A stretch of 63,780 nucleotides of DNA, filler included, from Actinomycetota bacterium (GTDB taxonomy: Bacteria; Actinomycetota; Acidimicrobiia; IMCC26256; VFJJ01): NCBI GenBank assembly GCA_009886115.1. It is 4 parts of 4 records of this genome, joined end to end, with 100 filler letters (N's around TTAATTAATTAA, not from the genome) between each part and the next. Parts side by side here need not be neighbours in the genome. Positions count along the whole stretch, not along the records: positions 41,406 to 61,701 come from VFJJ01000118.1; positions 61,802 to 63,780 come from VFJJ01000036.1; 2 more parts are not named here. One strand, written 5' to 3'. Shown here piece by piece: positions 56,491 to 63,780 of this stretch. Within the stretch, counting starts at the first letter, position 1. Each line of letters begins with the position of its first letter. The notes beneath the pieces are model-generated. The model ran no database searches, was not told where the DNA came from, and saw only the letters and a program-made list of their open reading frames with translations. A program made the translations under genes and the position numbers.

Positions 56491-57825
56491 TCACATCGGG
56501 TACAACGGGAAATCGTGGCCGGTCAGCCAGTGGCGACCGACGGCCTTCACCGGGGCCCAGCGGGCGACGAGTTCCTCCTCGGTCTGGGTCTCGCTCAACT
56601 GACCGAGGTCGCTCGGCGTCGGGCCGATCTTCTGGGCGATCGGACGGAGCTTGTCGAGGTCGAAGCCGAATGCCTCGGCGGCCGACAGCCCGAGCATCCG
56701 ACGCGTCTCATGGACCGGGATGTCGAAGAAGGTGGCCTTGAGCGCCGCGAGGGTCGCGGGCCAGGTTCCCTCGGGGTGGGGGAAATCGGTGCCCCAGAGC
56801 ATGTTGTCGATGCCGATCTCATAGCGCATCCCGAGCTCACGCCGCTTCACGTTCGCCAGGCCGGTGAAGCAGTTGCGGTCGACGTACTCGCTCGGGAGCA
56901 TCTCGACCTTGCCCTTGAACGCCAGCTTGCCGAGCTTCTCGGCGCCCTTCTGACCGAGCCAGAGACGGTCCCACGACCACAGGAGCTGGGGCAGCCACCA
57001 GCAGCCGCCCTCGGTCGTGCAGAACCGCAACCCGGGGAAGCGCTCGAAGACGCCCGACCACAGGAGGAACCACATCGGCCGAGCGGGCCACCAGGTGACC
57101 TCGGTCACGTAGATGCCGAGATTGTCGCCGTACTCGTCGCGAGGCGCCGACCCGGAGTGGGTCACCACCGGCATCGCGTACTCCTCGCAGCGTGCCCACA
57201 CCGCGTCGTAGCGGACGTCGTGGTACGGCGTCTGGTTGCACCACCGGGCCGGGATCATGACCGCCCCCAGCCCGTGGTCCTTGGCCCAGTCGATCTCGGC
57301 GAGCACGTCTTCGAGAGCACCGGTGATCGGCACGAGCGCCACGCCGCAGCGGCGCTCGGGGCTCGTCGAGCACAGCTCGGCCAACCACCGGTTGTGGGCC
57401 TTGGCCCCGGCCAGACCGAGCTCCGGATCGAGATCGCCCGACAGGCCCAGACCGGCGCCGAACGGCACGCAGGTTCTGCTCTCGACGGCATCGGCGTCGG
57501 GGTAGACGACCTCGGCCGCGACGCCGTCGGCGTCGAGCGTCTGGTCGCGGCGGATCGCGTCCCAGCCGCCGGCGAGCTCCTCGTCGTGCTCGTCGAACCA
57601 CTGCTGGGCGAACGTGGAGTCGCGCACGCCCAGCTTCGTCACCGCTTCGAGCACCGCAGCCCGTTCGGCGAGGAACTCGTCGAATGCCGGATGGAACCTC
57701 GTCTCGAGATACTGGCGGTACTGCGCGGTCGGCAGCCCGGCATGGCTGTCGGCCGCGATGACGAGGTACGGATCGTTGTCGCGGTTGTCGCCGTCGATGG
57801 GGGGCACGGGGCTCCTGGCAGGCAT
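56491..57825 (-). CDS. Amidohydrolase_2 family protein
   Basis: IAADSHAGLP, VTHSG, GVFERFPGL, WGTDFPHPEGTWP. Confidence 0.9.
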   Translation of the reverse strand: MPARSPVPPIDGDNRDNDPYLVIAADSHAGLPTAQYRQYLETRFHPAFDEFLAERAAVLEAVTKLGVRDSTFAQQWFDEHDEELAGGWDAIRRDQTLDADGVAAEVVYPDADAVESRTCVPFGAGLGLSGDLDPELGLAGAKAHNRWLAELCSTSPERRCGVALVPITGALEDVLAEIDWAKDHGLGAVMIPARWCNQTPYHDVRYDAVWARCEEYAMPVVTHSGSAPRDEYGDNLGIYVTEVTWWPARPMWFLLWSGVFERFPGLRFCTTEGGCWWLPQLLWSWDRLWLGQKGAEKLGKLAFKGKVEMLPSEYVDRNCFTGLANVKRRELGMRYEIGIDNMLWGTDFPHPEGTWPATLAALKATFFDIPVHETRRMLGLSAAEAFGFDLDKLRPIAQKIGPTPSDLGQLSETQTEEELVARWAPVKAVGRHWLTGHDFPLYPM

Positions 57826-57850
57826 CGGGTCGCTCCGATCAGCCGCGGCG

Positions 57851-59113
57851 TCAGGCCGCGGCGGTGCTCTGGGGCGCGAACGCCGGGCACTTGTACGCCT
57901 CGATCGGCACGTCGGCCCTCGCCAGCGGGGTCGCCACCTCGGAGACGAGCGGTCCGTGCACGGCGGCGAGCGGCGCCAGCGCTTCAAGGTCGAATCCGTA
58001 GAGCGCGGCGGCGTTCCCGCCGACGAGCATCGCCGTCTCGTCGGTCGGTACACCGGCGAACGCCAGCCGCAACGCCTCCCGGGAGTACGGGGTGGTCGAC
58101 TCCTTGTGGGGATAGTCGCTACCCCACATGATCCGATCGACGCCCACCTTGTGGCGCAGCGGCACCTCGGCGGGGCGGATGAAGCTGGCGCCCACGTGGC
58201 ACTGCCGGGCCCAGTATTCGCTCGGCGTGAGCGACAGCCGCTCGACCACGGCACGGCCCCAGACCTGTTCCTGCGATCCGCCGGCGCCACTCATCCGGTC
58301 GAAGAAGAAGTCGAGCTTCGCCAGCTCCTCGGGCACCCATGCGGTGCCCTGCTCGGTGAACACCAGCCTGAGCCCGGGATGGCGCTCGAGTGCGCCGCCG
58401 ACAATGAGGTGCGTCAAGGCCCGGTGCGCGAACCACGACACCTCGAGCAGGAACACCACAGCATCGACGTCGGACGGGCCCATGGGCGGCGAGGCGCTAC
58501 CGGTGTGGTGGTTCAACGGCATGCCGAGCTCTTCGCACACCTGCCACAGCGGCTCGTAGCAGAGGTCGAAGAGCTGCGGAACGTCGGTGCCCGGCGGCGT
58601 TCCCGGCAGCAGGACACCACCGCGGAGCCCGGCCCCGTGCGCCCAGCGGATCTCGGCAACCGACGCCTCGATGTCGTGCAGCGTGATCTGGGCGACACCA
58701 GCGCGCCGCCCCGGCGCCTGGTTGCAGAAGTCGACCAGCCACCGGTTGTGCGCCTGCAGGCCCGCCCACCGCCGTTCCGTGTCGGCGGCGGTGATCGCGG
58801 GCGGCTGCGTGGTGAGCGACACCTTGGGGAAGAACGGCGGCACGGTGTTCGGGAACAGCACCTCGGCCACGATGCCGTCGGTGTTCAAGTCGTGCAGCCG
58901 GCGGGCCGAGTCCCAGTTCCTCGCGCCGAGATCACCGAGCAGGTCCTCGTAGGGCATCGCGAACGTCGCGGCCCAGGCGTCGAACTCGTCGTGCCAACGC
59001 TTGGCCAGGTAGGGCCGGTACTCGCCCACGTTGGCACCGGCGTGACCATCGGACGAGACCACGATGTAGCGGTCGGCGCCGTTCGCGTCGGCGACGATGG
59101 CAGTGCGGGCCAC
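57851..59113 (-). CDS. Amidohydrolase_2 family protein
   Basis: VSSDGHAG, LFPNTVPPFF, NHHTGS, WGSDYPHKE. Confidence 0.9.
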   Translation of the reverse strand: MARTAIVADANGADRYIVVSSDGHAGANVGEYRPYLAKRWHDEFDAWAATFAMPYEDLLGDLGARNWDSARRLHDLNTDGIVAEVLFPNTVPPFFPKVSLTTQPPAITAADTERRWAGLQAHNRWLVDFCNQAPGRRAGVAQITLHDIEASVAEIRWAHGAGLRGGVLLPGTPPGTDVPQLFDLCYEPLWQVCEELGMPLNHHTGSASPPMGPSDVDAVVFLLEVSWFAHRALTHLIVGGALERHPGLRLVFTEQGTAWVPEELAKLDFFFDRMSGAGGSQEQVWGRAVVERLSLTPSEYWARQCHVGASFIRPAEVPLRHKVGVDRIMWGSDYPHKESTTPYSREALRLAFAGVPTDETAMLVGGNAAALYGFDLEALAPLAAVHGPLVSEVATPLARADVPIEAYKCPAFAPQSTAAA

Positions 59114-59204
59114 GATGCTCCCCCTTGGGCGGCGTCATAGGGATGCTACCGGTGTGCAGGCGGGAGCCTTCCGCCGGACCACCCCGGATCGCCGAGTGTC
59201 GGGC

Positions 59205-60122
59205 TCATTCGCCCACCCGCTTACCCAAGGCGTCCAAGGAGTTCCGCAGGAGGTACGACGGCTCTGTTGCCGCGAGCTGCGACTCCAGCCGGCTGTGGAG
59301 CTGCTCGTCCTGGAAGGCGCTGCGCGCGGTGATCCAGAACGTGTCGGAGAGGACACCCTCGACGCACATCTCGGCGATCTCGTCGAGCGGGGCGTCCTTC
59401 AACTCCACCCCCAGCGAGCGCATGTGCGCCCGAAAGCCTTCGAGGGTGTCGTTGCCCTGCGGCTCGGTGTCGTTCTCGCGCCGGAAGCGCTCGGGGCGGT
59501 TGGCTCCCGGGCGCCAGATCCCGGTGTTGAGGATCCCGCCGACGGTCGACGACGGGTACAGGATCGACGCGCTCACCTTCGAGCCCGCGAGCCGGAGCTG
59601 GCCCCACAGACACTCGGTGATCGTGGTCACCGCGGCCTTCGTCGCCGGGTAGATCGCGGCCTGGGGCATGGGCGTGAACCCGCCGTTGCCCGACGAGGTG
59701 TTGACCACGTGACCTTCGTCCTGGGCGACGAGCATCGGCACGAACGCCTTGATGCCATTAATGATCCCGAACACGTTGACGTCGTAGCTCCAACGCCAGT
59801 CGTTGAGATCGTGCTCCCACATGGCGCCCTTGGCGCCCGAGCCGATCCCTGCGTTGTTGCAGATCACGTGAACGCCACCGAAGGCGTCGATCGCCCGGTC
59901 GCGCGTGGCACACAGAGAGTCGAAGTCGGTGACGTCGGTGACCACCGCAACGGCGTCGATCCCCTGGGCCCGCAAGCGATCGGCTGCCGCGTCCAAGGGC
60001 GCCGGGACGATGTCGGCGAGGACGACCTTGGCGCCCCGGCGGCCGAAGCTCGCCCCCAGCTCGACGCCGATGCCACCACCGCCACCGGTGACGACGACGA
60101 CCTTGTCTCGAAGGGTCTCCAT
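59205..60122 (-). CDS. SDR family oxidoreductase
   Basis: TGGGGGIG, CNNAG, YPATK. Confidence 0.9.
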   Translation of the reverse strand: METLRDKVVVVTGGGGGIGVELGASFGRRGAKVVLADIVPAPLDAAADRLRAQGIDAVAVVTDVTDFDSLCATRDRAIDAFGGVHVICNNAGIGSGAKGAMWEHDLNDWRWSYDVNVFGIINGIKAFVPMLVAQDEGHVVNTSSGNGGFTPMPQAAIYPATKAAVTTITECLWGQLRLAGSKVSASILYPSSTVGGILNTGIWRPGANRPERFRRENDTEPQGNDTLEGFRAHMRSLGVELKDAPLDEIAEMCVEGVLSDTFWITARSAFQDEQLHSRLESQLAATEPSYLLRNSLDALGKRVGE

Positions 60123-60136
60123 GGCGTCTCCGTCGA

Positions 60137-61447
60137 TCAGGCCGTGAGGCCGACGCGCTGGTGGCGGACGGCGCCGAGGTGCAGGTGGCCGAGGCGGTCG
60201 GGGGGGCCGTCGAGCGCCAGGCGGGGCAGGACCGGCAGCACGGCCCGGAGCATCGCCCGCAGCTCCCAGCGGGCCAGGTTGGCGCCGAGGCAGAAGTGCA
60301 CGCCGTGACCGAAACCCAGGTGGTTGGTGGGATTCCGGGCGACGTCGAACGTGTACGGGTCGGCGAACGCGGCTTCGTCGCGATTGCCCGACGGGTACCA
60401 CACCCCGACGGTGTCGCCGGCCCGGATCGTCTGGCCCCCCAGCTCGACGTCGGCGGTGGCGGTGCGGGCGAACTGGATGACCGGCGAGGTCCAGCGCAGG
60501 ATCTCCTCGACGGTGGAGTCGACGAGGCTGTCGTCGGCGAGGAGCCGCTCGAGCTGGTCGGGATGCTCCAGCAGCGCCGTGATCCCACGCGTCGTGGCGT
60601 TGCGGGTCGTCTCGTTGCCGGCGGCGACGAGGACGAAGAGGTAGCCATTGAGCTGTTGATCGGTGAGCGGGCAGCCGTCGACCCGGCCGTGGACGACGGC
60701 GGCCGCGAGGTCGTCGCTCGGGGTGGTCCGCCGCTCGGCGATCAGCTCGTCGAGATACCCGCGGAACTCGGCCACCATGCGATCACGCTGTGCCTGGGCC
60801 GTCTCGCCGTCGAGGCGCCACCGGCTGTTGTCGTCGTTGTCGAAGAGGATCTCGGTGTACATGTGCACCCGCGCCCAGTCGTCGACCGGGAGGCCCATCA
60901 GCCCGCAGATCGTCGCCAGGGGGAGCTTCACGGCGAAGTCGGCGACAAGATCGGCGGCCCCGTCGCGTTCGAGGATCTCGACGAACTCGGACGTGAACCG
61001 TTGCGCGTACTCCTCGAGATCGCTCTCGAGCGTGCGCATCGCCCGCGGGGTGAAGCGCCGATTGGTGAGCGACCGGAACTTGGTGTGGCGAGGTCGGTCC
61101 ATGAAGATGAAGTCCATGGGCTCGTCCGGATCCCAGCCATAGTGCTTGGCCCGCTGCGCCATGCCGACGGCCATCCGCTCGTCTTCTTCGGTCGTCATCA
61201 GCCGCAGCCGCGGCCCGCCGTTGATGAACAGCCCGTCGCTCGCCGAGACGAACCGGATGTCGTCGTATCGGGTGATCGCCCAGAACGGCGTGATCCCGGG
61301 GCGGTCGTACCAGTAGACGGGCGCCTCGGCGCGCAGACGGTCCCACGCCGCCCACGGGTAACCGTGCTCGCCGTAGAGACGAGCGGTGTGGATGTCGAGA
61401 TCGTCGAGTGACCCGAGATCGTCGCGTGACCCGATGTCGATGCTCAT
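60137..61447 (-). CDS. Cytochrome P450 (CYP124/125/142-like)
   Basis: AAGNETTRN, EEILRWTSPV, FGHGVHFCLGANLAR. Confidence 0.95.
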   Translation of the reverse strand: MSIDIGSRDDLGSLDDLDIHTARLYGEHGYPWAAWDRLRAEAPVYWYDRPGITPFWAITRYDDIRFVSASDGLFINGGPRLRLMTTEEDERMAVGMAQRAKHYGWDPDEPMDFIFMDRPRHTKFRSLTNRRFTPRAMRTLESDLEEYAQRFTSEFVEILERDGAADLVADFAVKLPLATICGLMGLPVDDWARVHMYTEILFDNDDNSRWRLDGETAQAQRDRMVAEFRGYLDELIAERRTTPSDDLAAAVVHGRVDGCPLTDQQLNGYLFVLVAAGNETTRNATTRGITALLEHPDQLERLLADDSLVDSTVEEILRWTSPVIQFARTATADVELGGQTIRAGDTVGVWYPSGNRDEAAFADPYTFDVARNPTNHLGFGHGVHFCLGANLARWELRAMLRAVLPVLPRLALDGPPDRLGHLHLGAVRHQRVGLTA

Positions 61448-61559
61448 GATGTCCCCCCCTGCACGAACCCAGGTTCGGCCGGATGCTATCGGTCAGCCCT
61501 CCCGGCGAGACGGTTGGTGCGTGGTGGCGAGACCTGGCGCCGTCCAGCGTGGTCGAGGA

Positions 61560-61701
61560 TGGGCTCGGTAGGGTCTCGCCACCGAGAGCGGGGATCGGGC
61601 GGGAGGCCTGGGCGATCGCCTGGGGGTTGAACGCCCGGGGCGCGACCGGCATCATCCTGGCGGCCACTGGTCTCCAGGTGGGGATCATCGACGAGGAGGT
61701 C
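61560..61701 (+). pseudogene. Cation:proton antiporter internal fragment
   Basis: REAWAIAWGLNARGATGIILAATGLQVGIID; no room for an N-terminus upstream; cut by the contig end. Confidence 0.6.
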
Positions 61702-61801
61702 NNNNNNNNNNNNNNNNNNNNNNNNNNNNNNNNNNNNNNNNNNNNTTAATTAATTAANNNNNNNNNNNNNNNNNNNNNNNNNNNNNNNNNNNNNNNNNNN
61801 N
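61702..61801. other. Artificial contig linker
   Basis: N-run containing TTAATTAATTAA. Confidence 0.98.
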
Positions 61802-61873
61802 ACCTTGGTGTTGCGCCCAGGCGACCGGGCCCGCGTGCTGCCCCACGGCGACGTCATCGTCGACGTGGCCTGA
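61802..61873 (+). CDS. C-terminus of a probable hydantoinase/oxoprolinase subunit (partial)
   Basis: TLVLRPGDRARVLPHGDVIVDVA*. Confidence 0.55.
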   Translation, partial: TLVLRPGDRARVLPHGDVIVDVA

Positions 61874-61980
61874 GCTGCGGGCGACCCGTTCGGCCCGCCC
61901 GTCTCTCGTTCATTGTGGCTGGGATCACTCCCGGCGCAGTGGTAGGCACAAAGAACGGGGAGGGTCGTAGAGTCCCGGCC

Positions 61981-62706
61981 ATGAAGACGCACGACATCAC
62001 GCTCACCACGGCCGACGGCCCCATGCGGGTCTACGAAGCGATTCCCGACTCGCCCGCCCGTGGCGCGGTCATCGTCATCCAAGAGGCCTTCGGTGTGAAC
62101 TCCCACATCGAGGACGTCACCCGCAGGGCCGCCGCGGCCGGCTTCCACGCCGTGTCCCCCGAGCTCTTCCACCGCTCCGGCGAGCGGTCGTTCGCCCCCT
62201 ACGACGACATCCAGCAGGCCATCGGCCTCATCCAGAAGTGCAGCAACGACACCACCCTGGTGGATGTCGACGCCACGATCGCTCATCTCAACGCTCAAGG
62301 GTTCGCCAACGAGCGCATCGGGATCGTCGGGTTCTGCATGGGCGGACGGGTCACGTTCCTCACCGCGGCCCGCCGGAAGATCGGCGCGGCGGTCGGCTAC
62401 TACGGCGGCATGATCGTCTCGTCGCCGTTCCCGGCCATCGCCCCGCTGCTCGACGAGGCGGGTTCGCTCCAGACACCGTGGCTCGGGATCTTCGGCGACG
62501 CCGACGCTGGTATCCCCATGAGCGACGTGGCCACGCTCACGGCCGCGTTGAAGGGCGCCGACGTGGCCCATCACGTGATCACCTACCCCGGGGCCGACCA
62601 CGGGTTCAACTGCGACGACCGTCCCGTGTACCACGAGCACGCCTCCAAGGATGCCTGGCCGCGCACGTTGGCCTGGTTCGACCTCCACTTCGGCGCCCCT
62701 TCGTGA
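61981..62706 (+). CDS. Dienelactone hydrolase family protein
   Basis: IQEAFGVN, GFCMGG nucleophile motif, YPGADHGF. Confidence 0.95.
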   Translation: MKTHDITLTTADGPMRVYEAIPDSPARGAVIVIQEAFGVNSHIEDVTRRAAAAGFHAVSPELFHRSGERSFAPYDDIQQAIGLIQKCSNDTTLVDVDATIAHLNAQGFANERIGIVGFCMGGRVTFLTAARRKIGAAVGYYGGMIVSSPFPAIAPLLDEAGSLQTPWLGIFGDADAGIPMSDVATLTAALKGADVAHHVITYPGADHGFNCDDRPVYHEHASKDAWPRTLAWFDLHFGAPS

Positions 62707-62734
62707 GCCTGCCGTAGCTGCGAGTCGGCACGGC

Positions 62735-63780
<1,046 letters not shown>

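Overview
High-GC actinobacterial DNA, probably Acidimicrobiia-like (inferred from gene content). It consists of four contigs (1-18568, 18669-41305, 41406-61701, 61802-63780) joined by artificial 100-bp N/TTAATTAATTAA linkers, so synteny across the joins is meaningless. Most genes are housekeeping or lipid/aromatic catabolic enzymes: Rieske oxygenase, SDRs, F420-dependent LLM oxidoreductases, CoA-transferases, acyl-CoA dehydrogenases, two P450s, a BVMO and several amidohydrolases. There is also a vapBC pair and many decayed gene remnants. The most notable signals are non-coding. (1) Five intergenic palindromes share a fixed TTTG-N33-CAAA geometry despite divergent interiors. (2) A highly structured element at ~18145-18335 looks like an IS110-family element whose transposase is gone (RBS-ATGA junction) while its non-coding ends remain. 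(3) A divergent promoter carries two pairs of DosR/DevR-like boxes at canonical distances and drives a CBS/PAS-kinase unit and a cupredoxin-fused two-domain multicopper oxidase. All protein family calls come from motif recognition only; no database searches were run.
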